Shown here in pieces: positions 21,479 to 35,779 of a DNA stretch of 64,000 bases. The translations under genes and the position numbers were made by a program. Numbering within the stretch: the first letter of the stretch is position 1; each line of letters begins with the position of its first letter. The notes beneath the pieces are model-generated. The model saw nothing but the letters and a program-made list of their open reading frames with translations. It ran no database searches and was not told the origin of the DNA. The DNA is taken from NCBI GenBank assembly GCA_040357565.1, contig JBDODJ010000045.1, one strand, 5' to 3'. Origin of the DNA: Cercozoa sp. M6MM. Lineage: Eukaryota; Protista; Endomyxa: Ascetosporea.

Positions 21479-24400
21479 ATGATCCGTTTCGTCTCTCTGT
21501 TCCTATTCGCGTTGGTGCGCGGCAAGCCAGTCACGGAAGTTGTTTCAGTGTCACAGCCTCTCCTTCTCCAGTTAAGTGAGTTTCGCATCGTTTGCTCTGG
21601 TAAATTACCCGTGTCGTTGTGTACAGCGGAAAGCAGCGGGGTGTCACTGCCGCAGTTTTTGACGGGCGTTGACACTGAAGGACTGCTGCAGTCACCGCCA
21701 TCGCGGAGTAACGCGCTCACTCCTGTCTTCAACTCCGAGGTACTTTAATTTGGACCTCCTGCAAAACACGAAGACAGCGCGTTCTTCGAAGGACCCTGGT
21801 GACTGCCCACCGTGTCCCTGCCGCGACAACCCTATCGAGCACTGCGAACACACGAATATCACGTGTCAGAATGGTACCTAGTTTTTCTTGGGTGCATTAT
21901 TCTTGCTCAACCGAATGCTGTCCCTCAGAGGGCTTCATTGACGGTGCCGCATTCGAGTCCTGCAGCGAGACACTGAGCACGTGTCCCTCCAGTCGCTTGG
22001 CCATCACCAAGAAACACTGGTACCTGCGTGAGCAATCGCAGTGCATTTGTGACTCGCGGTAAAGTTTGCTTGTTTCCAGTGTTCTAGACTCCACCATGTG
22101 TAACTTAAAATTGACATTTTGAGATGTTGCTCAGGTTCAAGGGTGTCGACTGCTCGCTCGTGCAGAACCCGACGGTTTGCACTGAGCAAGAACTGATTTA
22201 TGACGGTAAGTTAGATTTGCCTCAACTCGGTTGATTGACATCTTTACGGCGATTTTATGGCGTGTGTCAGGCGGCTTCATAAACGCGAACTTAGACGTCC
22301 AGAAGATTCAGTGTCAAGCGGTTTTCCAGAGGTCATTCGCCACCCTTGTTCAGGTCTACGATCATTGGTACTTTCTACCGAATTACCTCCCGTCCTAGCA
22401 GTTGTACCTGAAACCCCGTCTGCTTGAGTTCAGGATCGAAATCTCCACGAGCGTGCGTCCTGGCGGCGAGGGTGTCTTCAATGTGACGATGCGTGGCCGT
22501 CTGCACCGCGGCAAAGGCACCTGCGGGCGCATGGTAACGCATTCCGAATAAATATATATATATATATCTTTCTTTCTTTTCCCCTCTTTCTTTCTTCTCT
22601 TTCTCTCCATCTCTCTCTCTCTCTCTCCCTCTTTCTTTCTGCTGTCTCTTTTTCTTTCTTCTCTCTCTGTTGTTGTTGTTGTTGTTTCTCTCCCTCTCTG
22701 TTGTTGTTGTTTCTCTCCCTCTCTGTTGTTGTTGTTTTTCATGTTACGTTTTTGCAGAAAGATGTGCTGAAGTGTCACTCTACGCAATGCGACATGTGGA
22801 GCGACGATCAAAATCGAGTGTTCATGGAGGTATTACCGTCTGCGCATCTCTGGTTGATACAGTAAATTTATCTGAGTGTTAACGTCCCCTTCTCAGTGCG
22901 AACGAAATGACTGTATGACGTGCGAAGATTATGATGAAGGTTGCAGTCGGTACTGGCAGTCATTATGGTTTGAAAGGACCTGTACTGAGGGTGGAGTGAA
23001 ACAGCGATCTGCAAGAAAAGCTTGCGAAGTTGAAGGATCAAGATGGACGTTTTCTCAAGCTGCGCATTGTGTGTCACTGCCTTCAGTTTGTTGTTTGTGT
23101 TTGCAATTGTCTTTCGTGACAGGACTCTGGTCTGGAGAATGGCGAAAGCAGCGTGAGTTGCCTTTAAACATAGTTTTGCTATTGCTTTCAGTTGTAATCC
23201 CCGTCTTTGTGTAGGGTCTGCTGACACTCAACATTCCCGGTTTCATCGGGGTTGGTGTGCGTATTCAGTGCAGTATGTCTCCTTATGATAGACACGCACC
23301 TTTCTTATACTCCCTGTGATCCTTGGTATCTCAATGCGCAGTCTCAGGCGGCTGCGTGGACGAGGTCCCCGAGCGACTGTACCGCCCTCTGGATGTGAGT
23401 CTTGAGGTGGCCCACGTGCCTCTTGCAGTGGCCACAGGCACCGTTTCCTTCCTACTGATTGCTCTGACGATAGGCATGACGGTAGCTCCTATGATTTTTC
23501 CGTTGTCCGTTCATTTGGTTCTGGTTGTTCGGACAGGTCTATGTGAACCGCCAGCCGCACGAGCAGCGCAAAAAAACTGACGGTGCCCTGCTGACCAATG
23601 AGTCAAGGGGTAGTCACGTGGACGAACACAAATGTGACTATACAGGTGACCACACAGGTGATCACGTGAGCGATCAGAGCAGTGACGATGCTGAATTCAC
23701 GTGCGACAGCGGCGGGCACTCGCTCGCATTTGAGAGTGTCAGTTTTGCCATCGACGACGACACCGTTAGTTCTGACGGTTCCACTGACCACAGGAGTGAT
23801 CATTTGGGTGACCATGTGGGTGATCGTTCCGTCGATCACGTGGGTGATCAATGCGGGAAACGCTACGTGCTGCGCGGCGTCAGTGGTGTCATTCGTGCCG
23901 GCAGTGTCACCGCACTCATGTGAGTCGCTGCAATGACACCTCAGTGACCACTTGAGAGATTGATCATGTGACCACCGTGTGACTGTGTGATCATGTGACC
24001 ATCGTGTACTGAGCAAGCACGTGCGCAGGGGACCCAGTGGCGCCGGCAAGTCCTCGCTGTTCGACGCGCTGTTCGGCACAGAGCGCGACGGTTACCGACA
24101 CGGTCGTTTGGCCCTGCACAGCGGCGATCAGCCACCGTCGGTGCCATCATCACGGCCTTCGTCAGTGACACCGTCGGTGCAGAGTGATGGCGCACGTGGT
24201 GACGACGGTTCCCTGCAGAGTCCGCTGCTGGCACGTGATCAGAACTCGAGCGACTCAGGCAGCAGTGCACGCATCGGTCTGGTGCACCAGCGACTGCAGT
24301 TTGTCGAATCCGAGACGACATTCGAGGTGCTACAGCACGCGCTGGAGATGCACCTCATCCGCGCGGATAACAGAGGTCATTTCAAGGACGCATCTTGGAG

Positions 24401-27012
24401 GAGAAACCGTGTGCTCTCGGTGCTGCGTCAGTTGCGATTGGTACGTTTGCCTCTTCCCGTTTGCGCTACCTCTCATATACACCGAGTGTGTTTGCAGATT
24501 GATCGGGCGCACACACGCGTCAGCGTGCTCAGTGGCGGCGAACGGCGACGGTATCATACTGAACCATCAGTATGACTGGTGCGTGCTAACTGAGTGGTCT
24601 GTGTATGTGTGAAATGCAGGGTTGCAATCGGTGCCGAACTGGTGCGCGATGTCGACATTCTGCTACTGTACGCAACACGCAGCACTATATGATCGTTTGA
24701 GTGACTGAGTGACACGTAGTGACGAGCCGTTGAGCGGTCTGGACTCGCGCAGTGCAACGCGCGTGTTCCACGTGCTGCACGCACTGGCACACGCCTCTGG
24801 GGTCGCTGTGGCCATGTAAGTTTCCCACTCTAGCTGTCAACTTTGAACAACTACAGTATATGTACTGAGCAGGTCGGTGCATCAACCGTCGCCTCTACTG
24901 TGGCGCCGTTTCGACACCGTCATCTGCGTAGCTGACTTTACACACCTCTTCGCCGCTTGTCCAACCGAGTGTACTTTCCCTCGTAGCTAACGTCGCGTGG
25001 CCGCATGGTGTACGGTGGTGAGCCCTGTCAGGTACCGCACAGTACATAACTCTGTCAATTTAATAGCTCCGATGTCGGCAACAGGTCGGCAGTTTTGTTC
25101 GAAGTCCAGCCGTGCAAGCATTGCTGTCGCAAGGTGCTTTTCTTGTCGCTACCCGTGTCTACTGTAGTTGTCTTGAGTGAATTCAATCGTGCCTTAGACC
25201 TGGAGCAGGCCTCACAGGCAACTCTGTCAGAGGCCGAGACTTTGCTGCTGCTGGCCACGCTAAACGACACGGCGACTGCCGAGGCACACTGTACCGGACT
25301 GTCCTTTGATTAGTCGAACTAATGCGTGCATGCACTGGGTCATACACAGGGCAGGCCTCCGACGAGGCAAGACACTACGCGAGCGAAGTTGCGGCCTTCA
25401 TGGGTATCGCAGTCGCTTTTAAGGTCGAGGAGTGTATGTGTGATTTTTTGTATATAGGGGACGGTGTCGACCTGAGCGATCGCAGTGGCAGCGATCATAA
25501 CGGCGTTGTTGGCTTCATCGCCTGGTGTCGTCAGGTAGGCGCACTGGCGCGACGCGACTTTCGCCGTGTGGCACGCGACCGAGGACTACTGCCGCTCCAG
25601 CTAGTGGTCCCAAACTGACACGTACGCACGTGACCACGCGGAGTCTTCTATGTGTACAGAGTGCCGCACTGGTGGGCATGGTGTTTGGCACCGTCTTCTG
25701 GCAGGTCGACCTCTTCCTCGAGGGCGCTCAAAACCGATGTGAGCCGAGCTTTGACACTGCTACTCCATGCCCCTGGTTTGATTTCTGCTGTTACCTGGTG
25801 TAATGTGTAGTCGGTGGACTGTTTTTCTTGCTGACCTTCCTGGCCATAACTGCGTGCACGGTGCACCCTCACTCGGTTTTTCGCTCATTCAGTATCTTAA
25901 GTTGCTTCTTGTTGTGCGCACAGGCGGTGCCTGGCCTTGCAAATGATCGGAAAATTCTTCGACGCGAACGAGCTGCTGGCATTGTACGATGGGCTTATTA
26001 CCTCCCTGCATCTTTTGTTGCGCACTTCATCCTCCAACAGGTCGACACGAGTGCCTTCCTGACTGCCAAGTAAGTTTTCCTCTGCTGATTCGTCGAGGTT
26101 TGATTGCTGATGACTTCGCAGAGTGCTGGCTGATCTGCTGCCGCTGCGCATCGTACCGTCACTGCTTCTTGGCAGCGTCGCGTACTGGATGGTACAACGA
26201 GGTCAACACCAGTGGGACAAAACAATGGAATACCTTGAGTAAATTTAGATGGGCTTGCGTCCGGATGGGCTTCGTTTCTTGTTGTTTATGCTCGTATGCA
26301 TACTCTTCTGCCTGGCTGGTACGCGACGGTTTTGTCTGTGGCACATATAAATTATAGATACTCTGATATGATAAGTAGCTGCGGCACTGTGCTTTCTGTG
26401 TGCCGCCTTCTTTTCGTCACCGCGGCAGGGTAAGTTAAACTAACGGAAGTAGTGGAAAGGTCATACATTACTCTGGTTTGTACAGCACTGTACGCGGCGA
26501 CGCTACTGATGCTGCTGCAGCTACTGACGGGTGGTCTCTTTGCGTCCCAGTTGGATTCGACGCTGCTGGATGTCTTGCGTGTGCAGAGTACCTTTTCTCT
26601 TTCGATGCTGTTTTCTTCTGCACTTCCAATCACCCCTTGTTCAACTAGGCTTCGTGTTTTACGCCTACGAGCTGTTGCTTGTCAACGAAGTCGTTGGCAT
26701 CACGCTTGTTATTGATGCACAGGTACATATTATTTACTGCATAATATGTACTGCGGAAGTTTGGAGTCATTTTTATTTTTACAGGGTTTGCCGCAAGTGG
26801 CGCTGCCCGGCAAAGTCTTCCTCGAGAACATGGGCTTCCGTCACAATGCTGTGTAGCTTTTCTTTTTCGAGTTCACTTTCGTGTCCGTGTCCGGTTTATG
26901 CGCTCAACTTGACTGACTGTATTTTTGCAGAGGCGAGGACTTTGCAGCCGTCGGTGCCATGTGCTCGTTGATGCTGCTTCTCACCTATTTATCGCTGCGC
27001 TTTCGCAAGTAG
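21479..27012 (+). CDS. ABCG half-transporter with Cys-rich/EGF-like N-terminal ectodomain (ADP1-like)
   Basis: Signal peptide, EGF-like CICDSRFKGVDCS, TM helix, Walker A GPSGAGKSS, signature LSGGERRR, Walker B LLLDEPLSGLD, H-loop SVHQP, and an ABC2 membrane domain (GAQNR, RRERAAG). Confidence 0.9.
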
Positions 27013-27635
27013 CTGAGCAATCACTTTCTTACGCTACAACTACCACGCACCTAGTCAGCTACTGTCAACATCAAACAACCCATTCGGCTGACTAATTTAC
27101 TTGCTCCGCGTGGAAGCAACTATCAGTCATGCCAAATAATTGAAGTGTTTTGCGAAGGCCGAGAGGCATGACTGAAGGCTCGAAACTGCTGCAAGAATTG
27201 ATAAAGCCCTCTTTCCAGATACCAGGCAAGAGGGTTTTCTTTTGTTTTTCATCGCAAGTCTCTCAACACTCTCAACTGTAACGACGGCCCTACCTTGGGT
27301 TTCTCTCTTCGATATCTTTCGGTTTATTGAGACGTCGAACGAACACTAAATAAAACGACCCTATATTCTGACTTTTCACTAAAAGTGACAATCTCACAGC
27401 AACAAGTCTATGATCGCGACTCGCAGCAACCTTTTTTACGAGGCAATGTACACGGTACGTAGCGCTCGCCTTTCGTTTGCCTTTTTACAATCACTACGCT
27501 AGTTTCGTCGAACTGAAGGAACGAAGGAATTCATAATCGCTACCGACTCGATTTCGGCTCGTCGGGTCATGACTATAGACGGTTTTACATTGTCGTTGAA
27601 GTCTCGTCCCGTGCAATCGAATGCAATGAGCGGAG

Positions 27636-28857
27636 TCAGCCAGAAAAGGCCGACGTGAGCGATGAGAAGCCGAGGATGCGTCGCTGCAGAAAGTTTTGAT
27701 TGATTCACTAAAGCAGCGGTGCGCTAAAAATGCAACACTTAAAGAGGCAAAGCTACCGCCAAAGCGATGCCCCCCGGCAGTGCAGAAAATAGATAGGCCA
27801 GCGATGTCAGCAACAACAACAGCGAGAGGCACTGTCGTACATGCCGCGTATCATACAGTTGGAGGGAAAGGGATAGTCAAAGACAAAATGATAAAAATAC
27901 AAGCTGCACGAGAAACGGCAACTTCGCTGCGACCTACGCCATGGAAAGCCATCATGGAGAAGTGAACACAAAGGAGAATGGTACACTAAGCCACAAGACG
28001 ATGCTGCACACGTGAAGTGCAGAGACTGCTCTCCTGTTGTGACGGGTATGTCTCCCAAGTGCTCCAAATAGAGCAATAAATACCTCTTAGTGTCGCCAAA
28101 CATGCTTTTGACCTGCGCGCGCGGGCCATGTGCAATCACCAGTGTGAGCAACATAAACATGTCGGCACAGGCCTGCGAAAGCAAAGCAGAGAAGGATACG
28201 TTTACAAAGCGAAAGTAAGTGCTTGTGAGTGACCAAAGAATGTGCGAACGACGACGGTGAGAGCAGGATTAGAGGAATCTTGCTTCTGTTCATACTGAGA
28301 TTAAAGAGGTGGGAGAGCATCAAGAGACTGTACAGTGCAGACAGAAGAAACATGAACGTCAGCAAGCCACCGACTGCACCGCCCACTATTCTCTGTGCAC
28401 ACATACACGAACAACATACTTCGTCTTAACCAAGGCGTCTAAAATAACCACTAATGTTTGCATCACACAATACCTGCTGCAGAGTAAGAGAAAACCAGGA
28501 ATACTCCTGTTCCGACTGGTCTCGTTGGAACCAGCTTTTCCAACCGCTTCCTGAAGACAAACGGCACATTTTTATCTACCCATCTCTTTCACCGCACCAT
28601 CGAGAGAGTGAAAAGTTGTACCTGTGTTGTCGGATGAGGAGGTGTCAACAGCAGGAGCACCTGGAGTCTCCGGGTCCTCTGCATCGGTGACAGTTCTTGA
28701 GCCAAAGAAGCCGCCCAAAAGACCTCGCTCCTCTTGCATCGTGGGTACCTAAAACATATTTGGTTGCCATTGCAGAGATGGAGTCAAACGCTACCCCGAC
28801 ATCTTCGTCACCCGGCGTCGCATACCCCTGCAAACGTGCGTTGAGCGATGCCAACAT
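27636..28857 (-). CDS. SFT2/Got1-family vesicle transport membrane protein
   Basis: Spliced WFSLTLQQRIVGG...HGPRAQVKSMF...YLFSALPGG, with four hydrophobic segments. Confidence 0.8.
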
Positions 28858-29321
28858 TTTTCAGGTCGTGATGCACTTTAATGGACTTAGTTTGCTCCTG
28901 GCAGTTCCAGATAACCGAGAAACCGAGCCCACTCACCCGTACAAGAGGTATTTTACTTTTCGGTTTAGTTTATAGTTGGCTTTTATTTTGTTCTGTGCTG
29001 CGAGAACTGGAAAAACACTGAAAAGAGGTATGGCAACCGTTTTAAAATGCTCCGCTAGCATGCGTTAAGATATGTTTCCCAAGGTATCTCAAAGAAAGGG
29101 CAATCGCCCGCCCCAGCCGATCACCGGCCCATGCTCGTTGCGGCGCGATCGCTGGGAGATCAATCACCCTTCTGTCTGTTACGACACATGTGACAAACCC
29201 TGGACCACTCACGGCCAGAAGACGTTGCGTAGAGCATAGTGCTTGTAGTTGGACTTGGTGCATGTGTTGCGCGAGTAAAGCAACGCAATCACCAATCGCG
29301 CTTTGAGATCAAGCAAAACTC

Positions 29322-32300
29322 ATGCTTGCCGCGCTTGGAACCGCGATACTGCTGCTGACCCAAGGTACATCTTGTCATTACTGATCAGTGTCAGTCTGCA
29401 AGTGTACAGCGAGGAGTTTGGTATAGGGTGTGTGGCGAAGCCGGAGGATGTTCCTGGGCGGCCCGGAGTTTGGTAACGATCCCTCATGACCCCTTTCCGA
29501 TGTAATGTAAACGGGCGTCACTGTTTGGTGTTTGCCCAGGGGCCTTGAACCAAACAGTAGCACCTACACCATTCCGGCTTGGAGAACAACAGAGTGTGTG
29601 CCCATGGACGAATCACTGAGACAGTACTGTGGCAGTCTTCGCACAACGTAACTATCCTCTCTTTTCTCTTTTCTTTTGGAGCATGGGTCCCGCTTAGTTA
29701 CGCCCGGCCCGTGGCACACGAGAACTTGCTGAGGAGCAGTGCAGACAACTGGCTCTATGAAGAGCATCCCGGTCAGGATGCTATCGATGACACAAGCGCT
29801 GCCCGTGCGGGCCGGCTCGGTACCCATGCTTTCGTACAAGTACCTCAGTACAAAGTGCGGCCTGCCACCTTTTGTGGTTTTCAATTCAGGAATGTTGGTG
29901 CGTCTGGCGGGCTTGCTGCGCAACGGTGAAACACTGTGCAAAAGGCGAGCACTCGGCTACCTGTGCAACTGTGCGTTTGCTTTTCTCCACTCCTTTTTGT
30001 TTTGTTTGTTTCTTGTTTTTGCTTTTTAACTACTTTCTGCTTATAGATATGGCGCCTGAGTGCGGAGAAACTTCGCAACTACAATACGCCAATGGCACGG
30101 TGATGCGACATCCGATCACCGATGCTACTACAGAGTACTTTTGCTTTCGTTACCCTCAGTCGCTTGCTGAGTTACCCCTCCCCCTTATCTTCCGTTTTGT
30201 GGTTTTGTGGCAGGGTGGTGCGGCGGCCGAACTGTTTCGACTCGTGCGTCGAGTTTTTCGACGAGTGCCACGAGCTTGGTACGGTGTATCTTTGTTTGTA
30301 TTGACGACACCACGTGACAAGGGTGGTTGATTTGTAGGTGCCATTCTCGAGGCTGTCGGTATTAAACCGGTACGTTAAGATTGGATCTGGGGGGAGGGGT
30401 CGCCTAGTTTGTATTTCCATATGACAGGACTGCCGGTTGTTTACTTTTGGGGATTCGGAATTCAACAAGCACTCATTCAACCATCCGTTTACTCGCTTCA
30501 TTGTACGTTCCACAAAGAGCGGATGCAAGAGAATGCACAAGTACAGCAGCGATAACAAGTCAAGGTTTTTTGAGTGCAGGAACACTTTGAAGCCTACTCG
30601 TATCCAGTCAATGATGTACCCTGTGTTAGATCGTTCTTGTCTCTCTCTCCGATTACTTATAATGCAGACTTCGCCAGTCAATTTGACGGCGCAGTATATT
30701 GCGATCGATACCATTCCAAACATTACAGAGAATGGATGGGGCCGACACGAGTGGGTACAGTGTTGTTGCAGTTATCATGACACTCAGGCAGAAGAAAGTA
30801 CGTCTGTGTGAGACACAGTATTTGAACAATGCCACGCGACAACAAGAGTGGCAGCACGTGCAGCAGTCGCCAGTATCGCCACACCGAATCTTTGCTCTGT
30901 CGGTAGCATCGTTTTAATTCCTGGGCTAGTCTTTCCCTTGTAAACCTAGACCTTGCAGGATGACGAAGCAACCGCGAGGATGCAGTTGAAGCATGACCGA
31001 TATTACCAGTCGGTTGATGGTGAATTTACTGTCTATATCTCCCCTGCTTCCCTCGGCATTTGTCATATTAGTCTATCGCAGGCAGGAGACACGTGATGAC
31101 CTGCCAGGCAGTAGTACCTGCCACCGCCAGTGAAGTCTCTGGGAGTACTTTCTTCCTCTCAATCTGCTTCAGTTTTTCCATGCATGTCCCTTTTGATAGA
31201 CCTGGAATGTCCCAGTCAGCTGGTAGTTGACCCGGAGGACACCATGTGTGTCGTTGGGTACAGCAATTAAACGTGCAGTTGTTTCTTTTGTCTGAAATGT
31301 ACTCTCCTGTTGTGTCATTGATGTAGATGCCCTACGCCCGTGTTCACCGAGACGCAAGATGACACGCTGGCGGTGCTGTCGAGTGTCTTGGGAGCTCTAG
31401 CGTGCCTCTGCGGCCTCGCTGTGACAGCAATCACACTGCGCGATCCGAAGGTAGTTTCCCGCATCTACTCACTTTATCTCTTGCCTGTGCTTCTCAATGT
31501 TGTTTTTCCTTAGACACGCTTGTTCCCTAGCCGACTTTCAGCTTTTTTCGGAGTTGCGCTATTTTTCTTCGGTCTGGTAGTGTCATGTATATTGCTGCCA
31601 TCTAACCTTAAGTTGTTTCACCCCTTCTGATCCTGTGCTTGGTGGTCCCGGCAGGCGCACTGTATTCGTGTCGACCCGTGTCAGAGTGAACTGCAAGAAC
31701 AGACTGTAACACTGGCTCTCCATGATGAATGCTTTCCATACGGTTTTGCCGCCCATCCTCTGATGCCCGTACTCTGATGCATGCAGGGCGGCTCTTCTTC
31801 GGCCTGTGGCTTCCAGGCATGGCTTTACGTCTTCTCGCAGGTGAGTAGTGCTTCCTTGTATTCACCTTCCCTAACTTTCCTCGAACCACAGGTGGCCATG
31901 TCGTTGTGGTGGACCGTGTTGGCTTTGTGCCTTGCCTTCTCTCTGCGCACGCAGAGTGCTTACGTACATTTTCCAATTTAAACCCCCATGTTACGGACGC
32001 TATCTCAATGTGTTACGCGCGCAGATGGCGGAAGTGCTTGGCAAGAAGGAACGCTGGATGCACGTGGCGTGTTGGGGCACTGCCGTCCTTTGTGCCACCA
32101 TACCTTTGGCTGCTGGTAGCTTGTATTCATACCTTTGGTAACTTGTGTATCCCTTCCTTTTTCCTGCCCAGGCAAAGTGGCGCGCAACGCTGGCAACAGC
32201 GTCTGTTCGATTGCCACGGTGGGCTCTCTCACTACCTGGGTTGGTCAGGAGGACAAGGCTGAAAACTTGCCTTTTGTGTCATGTAGACGGACGGCAGTGT

Positions 32301-33488
32301 GACCTTGCTGGTACTGCTGCTGGTTTTGCCGCAGTCGCTGGCGCTGCTAATGTCGTTCGCTGCTGCCTCCTTCACGGGTAGCTTCTTCCCCTCGCGTATA
32401 ATTGAATACAAACGCCACTGTAAATTTAGTTTACACGGTGTGGACGCACAATAATAAAATGGGTCCGGCAGGTATTGCACAATCCTTGTTCCCTCTGTAC
32501 TCGGTCTATTGAGAGTCAACGTACAACTTTGACAGGTGATGTGGCCAAGAAACGCAGGCGATCGCAGTTGCGCACTGTGATTCGCTGGGCTCTGGTGCGA
32601 CTTGTTTATCTGAAGAAAATACATGGGGCACGTTTAACTTAACTTTTTCGCAGTTTTTGCCGGTTTATTTGATGGCACTAGTGACGTCGCTCGCCGTACA
32701 ACTCGATCGGCTTGGTAAATCTCTAACTTCTGCATCCTTTGAACCCTTGATCCAATTGTTTAACTGTTAACAGACGCTGCTGCGTCGCTCAACGGCTCAG
32801 TCCGCGATGCCGGTACCTTCAGTCCTCAACTCCCTTTCTGCAATCCATGTGGTTGATTGTTCTCGCAGCTCAATGCGTCCTCGAGTTATACGACGAGGCT
32901 TGTGGAAATGAAGTCGAATGCAATAGAAATGAGCTCAAAATCGACGGTGCTTTCCCATCTACACGTTCGTACTTTGTTTTCACACCTTGGCACCTTGATA
33001 ATACAGATGCCGAAGTGGAAGCCTGCATCGACGGCGAACTGCGACATAACTTATACAGGTAATTTCGTTACACACCTCTCTTTTCTGCCACCCTTCTTGC
33101 TTAACTGCCCGACTGCAGTTTCAGTGCGCAAGTGTTCGCACTGGTGGCCTGGATCTGTGTTGCTTTGTTCGCCTTCTCGGTGTTTGCCTCGCGGATGCGC
33201 AACCTGTACTATGTTCCCGTCTCCTTAACCTTTGAGGCTTTGCCGCGTTTTCTTACCGCAACGGTGGGGCAGCTGCTGCGTACGCAACTTGGTGGGCGAC
33301 ACGCGAACGAGCATCACAGGCACTGCCAGTACGACGCGGCGCCCCGCAAGAACTCCCGACGTATGCCCCAGTTCCCAGTTTGCCATTTTTTATTGGTTTT
33401 ATTTCAATCGAATTAGCATGGGCAGAATACCACCGACAGGGGTGATGCAGTTGAACTAGCTGGCACCACCAGTCCGGGCGAACCCTGA
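29322..33488 (+). CDS. Frizzled/Smoothened-like 7TM receptor with cysteine-rich domain
   Basis: Signal peptide MLAALGTAILLL. CRD-like CVPMDESLRQYC...APEC...RPNCFDSCVEFFDEC. TM motifs RLFPSR, ACGFQAWL...SLWWTVL and MHVACWG. Cys-rich third extracellular loop. Confidence 0.75.
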
Positions 33489-33730
33489 CCGGACTCCAGT
33501 CGGCGCGTGGTGTGAAAGTGATCATGACTCGAAATTGGACTGATGTGACGTGAACTGAAAATACTGAGTCGGTGTGAAACGAAATGTGACTTTATCGTAT
33601 CGGTGAGTGTCTGTAATTAAACGTAGAGGTACTCTGATTGTGTCCACGCGGAAAAGCAACGCAAATCGCGAAAAACATCGCATAGCGGACGTATGCTCGC
33701 CTCTACACCATGTCGTGCGTGATGGTCGCT

Positions 33731-34753
33731 TCATGCTTGTTTCGACTTCGGTGCGACAAAGGCACCTTCGCGCCACTCGCCTGGCTGCTCGGTGCCGTCA
33801 GCGAGGAAGGCCACGCCGCGACCCTACCCCAGTCGGAAACACCACAGTTCGATTGCAAAATCGTGTCAAAACGAAAAACGAAACTCACGTGTCGCACGCC
33901 ACGTCGGTAGGTTCCGCGGAACACAGGCTTATCGTCTTTGAGCGTTCGCTCTTCGCCCTCTTCAGAAACATCGCATACACAAGACAGGTATAAGTAAAGA
34001 AGAACTGTGTACGGCCGTGCTTGCGTCCATTGCGCCACGATCCCGTGTACACACGATCCCTCGAGGGGTATTGCATACTGAAAGCATAGAGAAACAAACA
34101 GACAATGCACTGAGCAAACAGAGGACACAACATGCTTTGTGCACCTGCCCTTGCCATGTCGTTCATCGTCGCGGAACTCGCCTCGGAACAGAATGTCGCC
34201 TTCGTAACGCTCCTCGCCTTCGCCATGGCGTTTGCCACGCTTCTGCTCGGAAAAATGTTCAACGTCTCTTCAAACCGTCAATCAGCGAAACTGTACCCAC
34301 TGTCCGTCGTAGTAGCAACCATTCTTGTACGTATATCTTCCTTTGCCAGAGAACTTGCCACGCACAAAATTGCCTTCATAAACGTCGCCGTTCTTGCCTG
34401 TTCAAATGTATTACTATTGCAAAACAAAGACAAGGAAAGCGACGTACACACTAGTTTTCCGTGGCCGTGTCTCGCTCCATTCTTGTCAGTGTCGCCCTCG
34501 TACTTTTCTCTACAAAACTGACTTGGCCCAGCAAGAAGGCAGCGAACGACTGCGGGAGTGAAATACCTTTGACGTACGCGCTGTGACACACGGTAGGCAC
34601 GGTAGCACAACCAAAGACCCAACAGAACTAAGAAACAAAGATGGGCCAAATTGCAACAAACAAATTGACTTGCAATTGATTTTCACCTTTCAGAGTGACG
34701 TCCACATAAGGGATGCGCAGAAACGCCTGAAACGCCTCCAGCCACTCGGACAT
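33731..34753 (-). CDS. MORN-repeat protein with N-terminal hydrophobic anchor
   Basis: YEGDTDKNGARHGHG, YEGNFVRGKFSGKG, YTGSWRNGRKHG and FRGTYRRGVRHGRG. Confidence 0.85.
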
Positions 34754-34919
34754 GCCGGGCGTCTTGCTGTACAGTATCTAATTTGATGTCAACACGATCT
34801 GCTTCCTTGTTCTTTTTTCTAGACTCAGAACTCCGGCTGCTCCCTTAAAGTGGAGAGTTGTGACAGTGTTTAGAATCCTATTGTCTGCAGAGCTGTGCAC
34901 GCACGTGTAGTTAGTTTCT

Positions 34920-35298
34920 ATGTCTTCCAGAGCAGCGCGAAATTACCGTAGGGTGCGGAAATTGTTGCGCACACGACACACCCTGAATCCCCAGGTAAGC
35001 TCCCGTTCTGATAGTTGGTTGTGGTCCGCCCTCTGCACTCACTGTATTAAAGGCGGACTATGTGCGACCGCGAAACTCGCCGTGGGTGCATGATTCTTTG
35101 CGTGCTTTGTTCGAGGTGCCAGCAGAGAAGGTGCGTTTGCAAGCTGGGCTGAGTCTTGCTTTTGAACCTGCACTCGTTGGTGTACAGTTGACTCTGCTGA
35201 GTGCGGGTGCCGAAACAGACGCCAGTGTGGCCGAAATTCGCCAGAGAATTGCGGATAACTATGTGTACTTCAGTCTGTGCGTGTGCGTGTGCGTGTGC

Positions 35299-35355
<57 letters not shown>

Positions 35356-35779
35356 ATCAATCCCGTTGACGGTTGCAATGCTGTGACAGTTACTACCGCA
35401 AGGCGATCGATCAGCACGTGTTCTGTACCTTGACTGATACTGATGACTGAATACTGTGTCAACCAATCATTGCGTTTTCTATGCTTGCGCAGTCCTCGCG
35501 GAAGACGGTCAACTGAATCCGCGAAAGGACACGCGAACGGAGGTGTTCCTGTTCAGTCGAAAGTGTGGCTTCTCGGTGCCTCGACCGAATGGTATCGTTC
35601 GCATGTGCTTTTTAGCTCTGTGTCTTGTGGACTGAGCACCACGTATGTTGTTGTTCCGGGCAGACTATGCGGACGTGGCTGCCAAGTACCGCGATCGTTT
35701 CACGTTTGACGGTGTCTTCGAGGACATCAACCAGCCTGACCCCGAGTTCGACGATGACAGCGACGACGAGACAGAATGA
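34920..35779 (+). CDS. Small hypothetical protein with basic N-terminus (possible mitochondrial targeting) and acidic tail
   Basis: Five exons splice with GT-AG into one frame: MSSRAARNYRRVRKLLR...PEFDDDSDDETE*. One intron holds a (GT)n tract at about 35275-35353. Confidence 0.6.
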
